A stretch of 64,000 nucleotides of DNA, taken from contig NC_091984.1 of assembly GCF_044704955.1 (NCBI RefSeq), positions 177,692,001-177,756,000 of the forward strand, read 5' to 3'. Made by a program: the position numbers and the translations under genes. How positions within the stretch are numbered: the stretch's first letter is position 1; every line of letters starts with the position of its first letter. This DNA is from Pristiophorus japonicus. Lineage: Eukaryota. The notes under the pieces were generated by a model. The model did no database searches and was not told the origin of the DNA. It saw nothing but the letters and a program-made list of their open reading frames with translations. Of this stretch, positions 13,480 to 26,738 are shown piece by piece.

Positions 13480-13725
13480 AGCATGATGCTTCAGTGTCAC
13501 TCTCCACTTGTCACTAGCCTACAAATACCACCTGCTGAAAATGATTTAAGAAAGTCAAAGCCCGAAATAACGTAATTGTTAAACTTGCGGATTCTGTCTG
13601 GGGAGCAAATGTCTCCAGTTTACCCACAGCTGCTCTCGCGCTCTCTTATTCAGTTGCGGAATATTGCATTCCTATTTGGGCTCACTCAATGCATACTAAG
13701 TGGTGGATACTCAAATGCATGCGGT
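13480..13725 (+). mobile_element. Vingi/Ingi-like non-LTR retrotransposon RT C-terminal fragment
   Basis: Manual translation gives ARNNVIVKLADSVWGANVSSLPTAALALSYSVAEYCIPIWAHSMHTK, resembling the RNN..KLAG..WGA...ALAL.YS.AEYC.PVW signature. Confidence 0.55.
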
Positions 13726-15199
13726 GTACATTGATCTGATTCAAGTGTTTGGAGTGCATCATGGGTCAGCTGCCTCTTGTGTAGCTCCCGCTCTCTTATA
13801 GATAGCACATTGCACCTGCTTAAACGTAAATACAGAATTTCTAGTCATGTATATCAGTACCGTTCTGTTGGATTATTTACTGAACTATTAGTATACACGG
13901 AATAAAACTAAAACTTGAACCGACTGGTAAAGGAAATTGCTTCAACTCGAGTATATTAAGCTCACAGGAACAGGAGTAGACTATTCAGCGCATCGAACCT
14001 GATCCGCCAGTTAATGAGATCTTGGTGATCTGCATCCTAACCCGCCTTGGCTTGAAGAATCTTAAATCTACTCAATAATACCCTAATTTAATAATTTGCC
14101 ATACTTTGTAATATAGGGCTACTCTGAGAGCAATAACAATAGCATAATGGCATCATGAAAAAAGTTAACTCCGTTTCTAACAACTCTGATTGGTTAGTTG
14201 AATTATAATTCAATATCGCAATAATATATTCAGCATTGATTTAAAAAAAATGGTACTTTAGTTTTCAGAGCTAACGATCCAATTTGTTACTTGGAAAACA
14301 AAAAAGGAAGCAAATCTGAAAACAATTTTTGGAAATTATCCAAAATTCTGCCGTGATCGCAAACAGAAATGGTCGTTACAGGTCTGTTCGAGAGGGTGGC
14401 GCTGTTACACAGCATAACTGAGAAAGAAGTTACCAATGCATACACAAAAAAGTTTCTGATCCACAAGTACTCATTTAAAATGTGCTACTTTGACAGATTG
14501 GTCCGTAATACGAAACGCGTCATTACATTTAAGAGCACAAGATAAATATTCCTGCAACCAGGAAGATCCTGCGAAATATAGGCCGCATAGTGAAGGCAGT
14601 GGGAAGAATTGGAGCGAGGTTTTGAGAACCTATCGTTCTTCCATCAACCTTTCCACACATATTTGTTCGTTGATTTACACGTTACAGATCACAGTATCAA
14701 TTAGATGAACTTGTCAGTACAAAACGCTTGCAATCCTTACAGAACAAAGACAAAATCACGCAGCAGATTTGTTTGAGATTCCGATTAAGTTGTTCTCTCA
14801 GTACCATTGTTAACGCACCACTTTCCATCGCACCGTAAACTCCAATACACGCGCAATTAGGGCGCTAAATAAATACGTGGCCTAAAATAATTGGGGAATT
14901 TTGAGCATAAGTTAGTATAACTCATCAGTATAACACGCCCAAATCGCCTTCATCTCCTACGACCATTTACCGATTCCTGTGGTCCCACCCCTAAGTGAAA
15001 AATGTAAGTTTCTTGCAATTCCCTTTCATCGCAGGATCTCTTCAAATTGACACCAGATTTGCAACTTCAGAGGCTGAAGAAGCCACAAATCAGCTCCTCC
15101 AGGAACCATTGAAGATATTCTGTTCTGTTACCATGGACAGCCATTTTACACTCGAGTGTAAAAATAACAAATTGCTCTTTTTCTATCTCTGACCACTGC

Positions 15200-17068
15200 T
15201 TTATATAAAAACAGATAGCAAGAGTTTCTATCGGTATATAAAAAGGAAAAGAGTGGCTATAGTAAATGTTGGTCCCTTAGAGAACGAGACCTTGGAATTA
15301 GTAATGGGGAACATGGAGATGGCAGTAAAAATCTGAACAAATATTTTGTATCAATCTTTACAGTAGAGGACACTAACAATATCCCAACAGTGGATAGTCA
15401 CGGGGCTATAGGGAGGAGGAACTTAGCACAATCACAATCACCAAAGAGGTGGTACTCAGTAAGATAATGGAACTAAAGGCAGATAAATCCCCTGCACCTG
15501 ATGGCTTTCATCTTAGGGTCTTAAGAGGAGTAGCAGCAGGGTTAGTGGATGCACTAGTTGTAATTTACCAAAATTCCCTGGATTCTGGGGAGGTCCTAGC
15601 AGATTGGAAAACTGCAAAGGTAATGCCCCTATTTAAAAAAGGAGGCAGACAAAAAGTGGGAAACTATAGACCAGTTAGCCAATCATCTGTGGTTGGGAAA
15701 ATGTTGGAGTCCGTTATTAAAGAAGTAGTAGTAGAACATTTGGAAAAATATAATTCGGTCAGGCAGAATCAGCATGGAGTTATGAAGGGGAAGTCATGTT
15801 TGACACATTTTCTGGAATTCTTTGAGGATGTAACAAACATGGTGGATAAAGGGGAACAAGTGGATGTGGTGTATTTGGACTTCTAGAAGGCATTTAATAA
15901 GGTGCCACATTTAATAAGGTTGCTGCATGAGGTAAAAGTTCGTGGGGTTGGGCTAATATATTAGCATGGATAGAGGATTGGCTAACGAACAGAAAAGAGA
16001 GAGTCGGGATAAATGGTTCCTTCTCGGGTTGGCAATCAGTAACTAGTGGGGTGCTTCAGGGATCAGTGCTGGAACCCCAACTCTTTTGAATCTATATTAA
16101 CGACTTGGAAGAAGGAACCGAGTGTAACGTAGACAAGTTTGCTGACGATACAAAGAATGGGAGGAAAAACAATGTGTGAGGAGTACACAAAAAATCTGCA
16201 AAAGGACATAAGCTAGGTGAGTGGGCAATAATGTGGCAGATGGAGTATAATGTTGGAAAGTGTGAGGTCATGCACTTTGGCAGAAAAAAAAATCAAAAAG
16301 CAAGTTATTATTTAAATGGAGAAAGATTGCAAAGTACTGCAGTACAGGGGGAGCTGGGGGTACATGTGCATGAAACACAAAAGGTTAGTATGCAGCTACA
16401 GCAAGTGATCAGGAAGGCCAATGGAATCTTGGCCTTTATTGCAAAGGGGATGGAGTATAAAAACAGGGAAGTGTTGTTACAGTTATACAGGGTATTGGTG
16501 AGGCCACACTTGGAATACTGCGTGCAGTTTTGTTTTCCATATTTACGAAAGGATATACTTGCTTTGGAGGCAGTTCAGAGAAGGTTCACTAGGTTGATTC
16601 TGGAGATGAGGGGGTTGACCTATGAGGAAAGGTTGAGTAGGTTGGACATCTACTCATTAGAATTCAGAAGAAGGAGAGGTGATTTTGTCGAAATGTATAA
16701 GATTATGAGGGGGCTTGACAAGGTGGATGCAGAGAGAATGCTTCCACTGATGGGGGAGACCAGAACTAGGGGCATAATCTTAGAATACGGGGCCTCCCAT
16801 TTAAAACTGAGATGAGAAGAAATTTTTTTTCTCAGAGGGTTGTAAATCTGTGGAATTCACTGCCTCAGAGAGCTGTGGAAGCTGGGACATTGAATAAATT
16901 TAACACAGAGATATGGACAGTTTCTTTACCGATAAAGGAATATGGGGTTATGGAGAGCGTGCAGGGAAGTGGACCTGAGTCCATGATCAGATCAGCCAAG
17001 ATCGTATTAAATGGCAGAGTAGGCTCAAGGGGCCGTTTGGCCTACTCCTGCTCCTATTTCTTATGTTT
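15200..17068 (+). mobile_element. CR1 LINE (HER1-like), 5'-truncated, decayed
   Basis: ORFs 15449-15886 and 16231-16815; KFADD at about 16135-16149; 3' tail at about 16960-17068. Confidence 0.9.
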
Positions 17069-17119
17069 TGATGTAGGAAGAAGATGACCAAAGATTGGCG
17101 GTATGGGGAATGATATACC

Positions 17120-18040
17120 ACAAGCCAAGTTGGCTGACGATACAAAGATGGGAGGAAAAGCAATTTGTGAGGAAGACACAAAAAATCTGCAAAAGGACAT
17201 AGACAGGCTAAGTGAGTGGGCAAAAATGTGGCAGATGGAGTATAATGTTGGAAAGTGTGACGTCATGCACTTTGGCAGAAAAAATGAAAGAACAAGTTAT
17301 TATTTAAATGGAGAAAGATTGCAAAGTGCCACAGTACAGCGGGACCGGGAGGTACTTTTGTATGAAACGCAAAAGGATAGTATGCAGGTACAGCAAGTGA
17401 TCAGGGAGGCCAATGGTATCTAGGCCTTTATTGCAAAGGCGATGGAGTATAAAAGCAGGGCAGTCTTACGACAGCTATATAAAGTATTGGTGAGGCCACA
17501 CCTGGAATACTGCATGCAGTTTTGTATTCCATATTTACGAAAGGATATACTTGTTTTGGAGGCAGTTCAGAGAAAGTTCACTAGGTTGATTCCGGGAATG
17601 AGGGGGTTGACTTATGTGTAAAGGTTGAGTAGGTTGGACATCTAGTCATTGGAATTCAGAAGAATGAGAGGTGATTTTATCGAAACGTATAAGATTATGA
17701 GGGGGCTTGACAAGGTAAATGCAGAGAGGATGTTTCCACTGATGGTGGAGACTAGAACTAGAATAAGGGGCCTCCCATTTAAAACAGAGATGAGAGAAAT
17801 TTCTTCTCTCAGAGGGTTGTTAATCTGTGGATTCGCTGCCTCAGAGAGCTGTGGACATTGAATAAATTTAAGACAGAAATAGTCAGTTTCTTAAACGATA
17901 AGGGGCTCAGGGTTTATGGGGAGTGGGCGGGGAAGTGGAACTTGGTCCATGATCAGATCAGCCATGATCTTATTGAATGGTGGAGCAGGCTCGAGGTGCC
18001 GAATGACCTACTCCTATTTCTATTTCTTATATTCTTATGT
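17120..18040 (+). mobile_element. CR1 LINE 3' fragment, tandem to the previous copy
   Basis: AKLADDTKMGG...WQMEYNVGKC, RRMRGDFIE, and tail ending ttcttatattcttatg. Confidence 0.9.
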
Positions 18041-18417
18041 AAGCGGATACAACACCGCTATCGCAAGTACCCCGCCCAGAGACTGCCTACGTCTCGATTG
18101 GAATTCCAGGCGGTGTCTGAAGTGATGATTGTGTGCCGGCTGCACTGTACAAAGAAGACCATCAGCTGACTATGTGACTTGCTCTGAGTTATCCTACACC
18201 ATCTCCTCCTCAATCTCCTCCTTGCCCCCTAGCTTTTCAAAGATTGCATTCCGGCGTCTTGGCTGACCTCTGGCTGAACATAGAGAGTTGGTTTGGCTGT
18301 CCTTCCCAGTCCTGAAATGCCCCATGAATGCGGGGGAGGGGGGGGGGGAGGGGAATAAAAACAGAACATGCTGGAAATTTCAGCGGGTCAGACAGTATCT
18401 ATGGAGAGAAAAATAGA

Positions 18418-18452
18418 GTTAATGTTTCAGGTCAATAAACCTTCATCAGAAC
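18418..18452 (-). ncRNA. Minimal type I hammerhead ribozyme relic in a Penelope-type repeat
   Basis: Minus strand reads GTT-CTGATGA-AGGTT-tatt-GACCT-GAAA-CATT-AAC: both conserved core boxes, a 5-bp stem II and a 3-bp stem I (GTT/AAC). The stem III palindrome ACGT is mutated to ACAT. Confidence 0.6.
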
Positions 18453-18789
18453 GGACGAATATTTGAAATGGACAGATATGTAAGAAGCGTGGGAAAGTCA
18501 GGACTATTGTCGTTCCCTTGAGCACTGAGAAATAAAAAGCACGCAGGCATTCAAGCTGTTCTGGACTCACCCCCTCACCCATGTTGGTGTCGAACGCAGC
18601 CATAGTGGTACGGCAGCCCTGCATCTCCACATCCTTCTATTTGTGGGGGTGGGGTGGTCAGAGAACACAGGGTTATGACACCCCACGCTACTCTTTGTCC
18701 TCACCCTGGGTGTGATGCATATTCTTGCCCTGCAAAGGCAAGAGAGAAAGGTTAGGCTTGCGAGGAAGAAAGGTAGAGCATGGAGAGCG

Positions 18790-18900
18790 TCTTAGCTTCC
18801 AGGCTCTGGTGAGGTCACTGAATTTCTCGTAGCTCTGGTCCACTTTTCTGGGCACCACATTTGTGGCACTCAGTGCCTTGGTCACCTTCATCCACGCCAA
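18790..18900 (-). pseudogene. Myb/SANT-like DNA-binding fragment (Harbinger accessory ORF type)
   Basis: AWMKVTKALSATNVVPRKVDQSYEKFSDL resembles the AW..V...VS....R...QC.KKF.DL pattern. Confidence 0.5.
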
Positions 18901-19889
18901 GTTTTCAGTTGCATGTGAGGACTAGGATTTGTGGGATCGCCCAGGAGAGACTGCAGGTTTCGGCCAGTAAAAGTGAAAGCTCTTTCCCTGGTAGATTTCT
19001 TCTGCGATTCAATTATCTGTGAGAATGGGACAAGTTCGTGAGGTTAAGTGAATTAATTTCACATCTTTATGACATCTTTATGTGCTAATTATGTTGTACT
19101 CTCCAGCCTAGTATGAAGGAAAACATTCTTGTTCCCCCACTATTGTAGGATTCTAACCTGGCACCGTGTGTCCCGTTGCTTTAGTTCCAATTACATTAAA
19201 ACCAAGCTCGACAATTACACGTATTCATGCTCATCTAATGAGATTGGCATGAAATTTGAACGTAATTTGACATCGACAGAATGGGCGAATATTTGGGTCT
19301 AACTTCCAGGTTGAATGCACGAAGGTTATTCCAGGCAATTTTCATAACTATGTACATGTCAGATATGGAAGTTTCCTCGTCCCCTTTTTACCATGTTCGC
19401 AAGGCTCATTCCGTTCACTCATAGTTACCTCAACCAAGTAGCCACGATTAACACAATGACCTCAATAAGAGATGTTGCAGGTCGATTGGATCGCAATGGG
19501 CATCACATCGCAGCCAAGCCCTCAAAACACTGGTATTGGCACTTCAGAACAAAATGCCGGATGATGACCAAGAGCCACAAGCTTGGAACCTAACCGTGGT
19601 CCTGCCTCTATGCTAACTCAAAGCAGCCAATCCAACGCATGTAAGGAATGATTCTGGGATCTTGCTGCTCACTGTCTGTAGTGTCTGAGCCATCAATGCA
19701 GCCTCCATACATTTGCACACCTGGCAATTCATCTCTGAAGATGACAAATAGGATTGGGTCGAACATGATTCCTTCTTCATGTGCTTCGCTACTGGTGTTG
19801 CGATTAATACTGACAAGTCAATCGAATATTTATTGTTTGACAAAATTCCCGAACGGCCAACGCTTTTCATTGTATTAAGATTGTCCAAA

Positions 19890-20950
19890 ATTACATAGGA
19901 ACATAGGAATAGGAGTTGGTCGTCAGCCACTTGAGCTTGTTGTGGCATTCAATGAGATAATGGTTCATCAGTGTCCGAGCTCCATATACCTGCCATTTCC
20001 CTATATCCCTTAATACCTTTAGTTCACAAAAATCTATTTATCTCCGAATTAAAGTTAATAATTGACCTACTATCAATTATCGTTTGCGGAAGAAAACACC
20101 ACATTTCTGCCACTCTTTCCTCGTGAAGTGTTTCCTAACTTCACTCCTGAAAGGCCTGGCTATAATTTTTAGACTATGACCCCAAGTCCTAGACCCACCA
20201 AGCAGCGGGAATAGTTTTTCCTCTATCTACCCTGTCAGTTCCTCTTAATAGCTTGCAAACTTCGATCAAATCACCCATAAGCATTCTAAATTCCAGGGAA
20301 TACAACCCTGGTGTGTTTAATCTCTCCTCATTCAATCCTTTTTAGGTCCAAAGTGAATAACATCACATTTGCCTACATTGAAATCCATTTGCCATAAATT
20401 TTCCTAGTCACTTAATCGATTAATATTTTATTGTAATGTTATACTTCCATCTAAACTGCCGATCTTTGTGTCATCGGCAAACTTGGATATGTGGCTTTTT
20501 ATGTTATTATCTAAGTCGTTAATAAACCCTGTGACTATTTGAAGCCCCAATACAGATCCTTGTGGGACACCAATCGCCAAATCCTGCCAATTAGAGTACC
20601 TGCCCATTATCCCTACTCTCTGTCTCCTGCCTCTAAGCCAATTTCCTAACCAGGCCAATAAATTGCCTTTAATTCCACGAGCTTCCACTTTAGCTAACAG
20701 TGATGGACTTTATCAAATGTTTTCTGGAAATCCATATAAATATCTAGACACGTTGCCCTGTCCACTATAGTCAGCTCTTCAAAAATTTCAATAATGTTAC
20801 TTAGGCGGGACATACCCTTTATAAATCAATCCTGACTCTCTCTAATCTGCTGAAAATGTTCAAGGTGTTAAGTCACTCCGTCCTTAATTATAGACGCTAA
20901 TAATTTCGAGACAACAGATGTTGGCTAATTGGTCTATAATCCCTCGTGTC
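19890..20950 (-). mobile_element. Old CR1 LINE fragments
   Basis: ORF 20428-20688 GVPQGSVLG...ISKFADDTKIG; tail at about 19895-20000. Confidence 0.8.
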
Positions 20951-21137
20951 CTATTCTCATTATCTGAAGCAATTCCTTTTATCTGAAGCCATTGTTCACA
21001 CTGTCAAAGGTAATTGCACTGATGCCAGAGTGAAGGGCAGGTGGGTACATGAGAGCCCGATATCCTCAACAGTGTGATCGCCGACCATGACAACCCACGC
21101 AATCAATGCAACTCAGACCAGTTGTTGTGAACAACTT

Positions 21138-21914
21138 GAGAAAGAGCTCCAAAAAGGACAGCCACGGGATCCCATTGATACTTTAGCAACATTCAGAGGC
21201 CCCAACGCAAATGTGGCCTGTACCACAGCTAGTTACTAATTAAAGTTAAAAGAATGATTTAATGAAATCAAAATATAACATAAGTTGTTCCACCAAGAAC
21301 GAAGGGATGAGAAAAAAATCAGACTGGAGAGGTGTGTGTGTGGGAGGAGTGCGAGGGAAGCAGAGACTAGAGACACATACAGGATAGTGAGAAGGGATGA
21401 AGAAATGGAGTGGGCTGTGGGAACAAACCAACGGATATATCAGGGAAAGAGCACGTGCAATGTAGCAGAATGAAAAGTAAGACTTTTACTTACATAGCAC
21501 CTGTTCAGAAGTTTTGAGCATACTGGAGAAAGAACTCCAGAAAAAACAGCCACTGAATTCCGTTGATACTTTCGCAACATTCAGAGACCCCAACGCAAAG
21601 GTGGCCTGCACCACAGCTAATTATTAATTAAAGTTAAAAGAAAAGAATGATTTCATGTAAATGTAGTACCCTCCAACTCCAACATAAGCCGTGCCCATCA
21701 TTGATGAAGTGAAGAGAAAACATGAGACGGAAGAGGATCGAGAGATGTGCGTGTGGGAGTGCGAGAGACACATATACGAGAGAGACACATACAGGATAAA
21801 GAGATGGGATGAAGAAATGGAGAGGGCTGTGGGGACCAAACAATGGAAGTATTGGGGAAAGAGAGCGCGCAGTGGTGGAGAAAGAAAATAAAGACTTGCA
21901 TTTACATAGCACCT
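21138..21914. repeat. Diverged two-copy tandem duplication, unit about 390 bp
   Basis: Units at about 21138-21502 and 21526-21914 share ttgatactt..gcaacattcagag.ccccaacgcaaa.gtggcctg.accacagcta, gagacacatacaggata, gggatgaagaaatggag and tacatagcacct in the same order. Confidence 0.85.
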
Positions 21915-22721
21915 ATTGAAGTTGTCCAGACATTTGTGGACGTTTAGTCGCTCCATTATGGCACCTGTGCACAGCACTATCCTGTTAATAGCAATGAGAT
22001 GAATATCCAGCTAATCCGTTTAATGGTTTTTTGAAGGGATAATACCTAAAAAGCTTTCTGATCTTCGTTAAAAAATGCTATAGGATCTTTGAAGTTTAGG
22101 TGAACAGGCAGGCTGATCTTATAATAATTCAGCAGTCCCTCAATACTACACTGACATATTTGTCTAGATTAAGTGATCAAGTCCTGGAATGGGGCTTGAA
22201 ACCCACAACCTTCCAAGGTAGCAGCAGAGCGATCAAGCAGCAGAGAGGACTATAGAGGCTGGGAGGCAGAGAAGTGAGTGGGACAAATGGAAAAGACACA
22301 AACATCGGAGCAGCAGAGGATTCGTCGTGCGTCAGGCTACTGGGGATGTATTAACAATCATGGAAAGTGATAATACGTTCCTTTGGGGGGAAACAGAATC
22401 AATAGTAACTTTGGAGGGAATTCGATTGAAAGGGAAAACATTGCAGTGTGTGGGGAAAGAGGTTGGGGGACGACTAAATGGAAAGCTCCTTCAAAGAGCT
22501 TGCACAGGCACGAGGGGCTGAATGGCCTCTTTCTGTGCTCTTTGTTTCTATGACTCTAATCCCATTTACCAGGTAACTTACTTCTAAGCATTTTTTTAGA
22601 GTGTGCCCTGTGAGAGTACTAATGCTTGTACCAGCAGAAATATTTCCTGTCTTGTATTTTCTGACAGTCGAACAGAATTTGAGCTAGTCTTTGAATCTCA
22701 GTGGCTGGTATGAAAAGACGC

Positions 22722-22729
22722 ATTTGCAT
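22722..22729 (+). promoter_or_regulatory. Ig light-chain promoter octamer ATTTGCAT
   Basis: Exact octamer in light-chain orientation, about 125 bp upstream of the leader ATG, with a TATA-like gataaaa at 22771. Confidence 0.85.
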
Positions 22730-22853
22730 TCCTAGATACAACTCGGTACCGCCTTCTTGGTGACACGGTTGATAAAAACAATTCGAGACTCAGAGAGTTA
22801 ACCCATCTTGTCAAGTAATTGTCAGTATTGGGAGCCTCATTGAACGCTTCACG

Positions 22854-22902
22854 ATGTCTGATTGGGTCCATGTTGTCACTGTGCTCATACTTTGCCTGGC
22901 AT
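22854..22902 (+). pseudogene. Ig lambda (type II) light chain, leader exon
   Basis: ATG...MSDWVHVVTVLILCLA plus 1 nt, then donor gtgagt at 22903; phase-1 intron to ctttcag at 23047. Confidence 0.9.
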
Positions 22903-23047
22903 GTGAGTGTTTTCAAACGTTTAATTACTGTAAAGGCGCATTTGTTAAGAATATTTGGGCGATGTTGCAAGTGAGTTAAAGCCCACTACGTTTCAATATT
23001 TAATCAGAGTACACCTGAAATAATATTTTGATGCCGTTTTCTTTCAG

Positions 23048-23394
23048 ATTCAAACGCGTAGGTTGCATTAAATTAACCGCTTTCGACATCAACTTTTCTC
23101 GGAGGCACGGTTCAAATAAGTTGTACCTGGTCTAGCGCCAGCTTAGGAAGCAAGAACATATATTGGTACCAGCAGCAATCTGGAAATGCTCCTCGGTACC
23201 TGTTTTATCACTATGCTGGAAGCAGCACGAACAGAGCCTCAGGTGTTCCAGATCGGTGTTCTGGCTCGGTAACAGGCAACACGGCAACTTTAAGAATCAG
23301 TAAAGTTGAATCGGAGGACGCCGCGACTACTACTGTGCTAAATGGCACAGCGACGGGTACATCTTCGGTAAAGGGACCAAGCTGAGTGTTGGCA
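23048..23394 (+). pseudogene. Ig lambda (type II) light chain, germline-joined VJ exon (pseudogene)
   Basis: SNA*VALN*PLSTSTFLGGTVQISCTWSSASLGSKNIYWYQQQSGNAPRYLFYHYAGSSTNRASGVPDRCSGSVTGNTATLRISKVESEDA/DYYCAKWHSDGYIFGKGTKLSVG, then donor gtaagt at 23395. Stops at 23059-23061 and 23074-23076, a 1-nt deletion at about 23324, and no RSS or intervening DNA between YYC and FGxG. Confidence 0.95.
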
Positions 23395-24399
23395 GTAAGT
23401 AAAAACATTTCTGTTATTAATTCAAAATGCGGTGCAGGCTAAGAGCAAAATACTGCAAGTGTGATATTTTATTTTGAAGTAATTTCAATTTCCTTTCAAC
23501 AATGAAACCATCCAATCAATTTAAATGATACAAGGTTAGCCCGCTACCCAGTGTGGAACTGACCCTTTCAGTTCCATAAGGTCGTCAGGTCTATGAGTTT
23601 AGGGCGGAGTTTTGGTCTGTGCTGAGCTACTTTATCTCAGCTACAATGGTAACTCGCCTCAGAATCATTGTGTCATAGAGTGGGGAAGTCAGTAAGGACC
23701 TCTAAGCCTATCGCGATCGAGTGACCTCGCTTGAAAACACACAACGTGGACCTCCGTTTTTTACTAGATCGAGCTCCGTGGTTGTGTATCCCGTCCCCAA
23801 GAAATACCTCGCCGAAACGCACCGTCCATTGGCACAAGTGAATGATAACCACTTGTCGCAGGTACCTGAGAGAATGCGCGTCGCGGAATATTGCACCGCA
23901 TGAATTCGCCCTTCAGGACAGGACGCCCAATAGAAGGTCAAAATAATTTGTGTGGTAAATCTAGCCTCCAATGCGCTACGTTCTCAGCTTCCCATTAGTG
24001 TTTTTGTCTGGAACCATTGTTGCACTGAAGATAACGGCTCTAAAGTACAACTAATGTTCAGTCGGTATGCTGATTTAAACTGAATGCAGGTGATGAATGA
24101 CAGCGGATAAAACGAGGCACTCATGTATTGCGCATTGACAATTGTGGCGTGCTCCAAGGCTGCTCAGAAATAAGGCAGAAATATCTACCTGCGTTCAGCA
24201 ATCTCTGCTGAAGTGTATGCAGGTTTATAATTAGAATGGCGTATCATTAATTCTCTCGTCTTTTCTGCAATATCCAATCGGAACACGTAACGTCGTTAAC
24301 TGTTAAATTATTTTTATTTTGCTTGAACTATTCAGTGTCAGACTAATTTCTTGTGCCTGGCTCATGCGTTCTAAAGACCAAAGGCTCCTTTGCTGTTTT

Positions 24400-24850
24400 T
24401 TATTCGGTCAGGGGATGTGGGAATTGTTGACAAGGCTAGCATTTTTTGCCTATCCCTAATGGCACTTCGGAAGATGGTGATGAGCCGCCTTCTTGAACCG
24501 ATGCAGTCGAAGAGGTGAAGGTGCTCCCGTACTGAGTATACTTGTTTGTAGCAGTTTTGTGGGCAGTTAATATTTAACCACATTGCTGTGGGTCTGGAGT
24601 CACATACAGGCTAGACCAGGTAAGGGCGGCTGATTTCCTTCTCTAAAGGGCATTAGTGAGTCAGTTAGGTTTAAAGACAATCTGGTAGTTTCATTGTACC
24701 CGTTACGAATACTAACATTTTATTCCAGATTTATTTAATCAATTGAATTTAAATTCACCAGCTGCGTGGTGCGATTTGAACTCATGTCTCTGGATTATTA
24801 CTCCACGTCTCAGGATAACTGGTCCAATTACATAACCATTATGTTACCTT
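24400..24850 (-). mobile_element. tRNA-derived SINE in the J-C intron (same family as 8123-8570)
   Basis: Shares gagccgccttcttgaaccg, cattgctgtgggtctggagtcacat and gatttgaactcatgtct with the 8123-8570 copy. Confidence 0.7.
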
Positions 24851-26417
24851 ACCTAGTACGGTTTTTCAATGGTTGTTGAAATCTGAGCTGAGTTCTTTCT
24901 ATGCACAATCCAGTAATCAGAGAAGTCAGGTTGCGACTAAAAGAAACGATTGCACTATTTAATAGTGTTGAGCATATATATGCCAAATCAGGTACAGAAA
25001 GCAAATAAAGCGAGAATAAGAATGATTGGATTAAAAGAGAGAAGGTAAAAGAGACCGAAAGTAAATGTTAATTTGTAAATCTCCAAGAATAATTAAATTC
25101 GGAAAGAATGAAACGCCACCATTAGTAAACGTTAATTTTCAGTGCCAGAGAGATTGTTTGACAGCTGTTAAAGGGATCCTTATATCGGAATGAACACATC
25201 CTAACTTTTTCTTGGGAGTTTTGTTCCTATCTGTGAGTTCAGTGCAACAATTTCACGCCGTACAATGTATTATGAATGGGAAGGGAGAGAGCGGGATGCG
25301 GTTTTCGGGAAGTTTTTGAAGGAGCGTCGCATCTAGAACAACAACTTACGTATTTCCGCTAATTCCGCATGTGCGCTCACAAGAAGTTGCTGTCCGATGT
25401 CCGCGTACATAACGATTACCCTGATTAACCACAAAATTATTTCTACAGCAATATCTGAGCCACGATGTATTCACATTTTATGCTGGAACCGAACTCGCAC
25501 ATTATCCTTTAGCGCCAACCCTTGCTTAGGCATAAATGTATCTTAAATATTCTTTCGAAGCAGTGTGAGCGCACATTGCATAGATCTTGACTTAGTACGA
25601 TAGTGTGAAATGGCTGATTGTGAGTCGGCAGCGATTGTACACCCCACCGGATTTCTATTTCTATTGACTTCACTGTGAAACAGGATGCCTGTTTATTACC
25701 TGTTTTATACTATCGCACAAAGTCTACACCATTATCTCATATTAAAAGCTGCACAACATCAAGGAAATAAATTGATACAAACAATTGGTTTCATTTATTT
25801 AACGACTTGCGTCCGAATACTCCAAGAGCACGTTACCGATTTCCCACAGGCAGCAATGTGGCGAATCACTGGTTAATCTGCTTTCACTCAACGCGGACTT
25901 TCAGTCACGATTCCCTCCAATATTACCACAGACTATTGTGTGTCTACCGGACAAGGAACCTATTTTAAATCCAATCCAAAGGATGTCACAGCGGCCCGAA
26001 CATTACTCTCACGCTGGAATGTTCACCCAGATTGCGCATTCAGCTCCCACTGTGGCGTTTAAACCATCGGACCCCAACCGAGAATCCCACGGAATGGAAC
26101 TACCTGTGCACGTTCACTTTTCTGGGTTATAAAATATAAGTTCATCGGTAAATCACGACTGGGTAACTTGTTATAAAGCAGACGAGCGTTTCGTCATATC
26201 TTAACGTATTAGAACACATTTAATATAGGTTCAGAATTTCTCATTCAAAGTGTTGTCAGCGAAGCAGCCGCTCAATTTCGAGACGCAGTTGCGTGTTATA
26301 GTGAGCAAGGATGTATTTTTATAACATTCAGTGATTGCAATAAAAGTATAAGGAACATGTACTGTTACGTTTTTTTGTAAACTTGGACTGACGCAACGTG
26401 TCTTTATATAAAAACAG

Positions 26418-26738
26418 ATCCGCGGGTACCCTCGGTGATCGTCCTTCCGCCTTCATCGGATCCAATCGCAACAAAAAACACGGCGACCCTGGTCTGTTTG
26501 GTGAACGGCTATAACCCGGGTGCTGCGGAGATTGAGTGGACTGTAGATGGCAGTGTGAGAGGGAATGGTGTTGAGACCAGTCGGATCCAGCAGGAGACGG
26601 ACAACACGTTCAGTGTGAGCAGTTATCCGACTGCCAGCCTCAGACTGGAACTCACACGAGCTTTACTCCTGTGTGGTTAAACACGAGGCTCAGGCAAACC
26701 CGCTTCAAACAAGCATCGCGAGATCCAGCTGTATCTGA
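26418..26738 (+). pseudogene. Ig lambda (type II) light chain constant exon (frameshifted)
   Basis: Acceptor aaaacag at 26417; (N)PRVPSVIVLPPSSDPIATKNTATLVCLVNGYNPGAAEIEWTVDGSVRGNGVETSRIQQETDNTFSVSSY, a 2-nt deletion at about 26630, then LPASDWNSHELYSCVVKHEAQANPLQTSIARSSCI*. Both C1-set cysteines and the penultimate interchain Cys are present. Confidence 0.95.

Noticed and set aside
23346-23352. Heptamer-like CACAGCG in CDR3 of the joined VJ
   Set aside because: No nonamer at 12- or 23-bp spacing; it is in-frame coding sequence (His-Ser).
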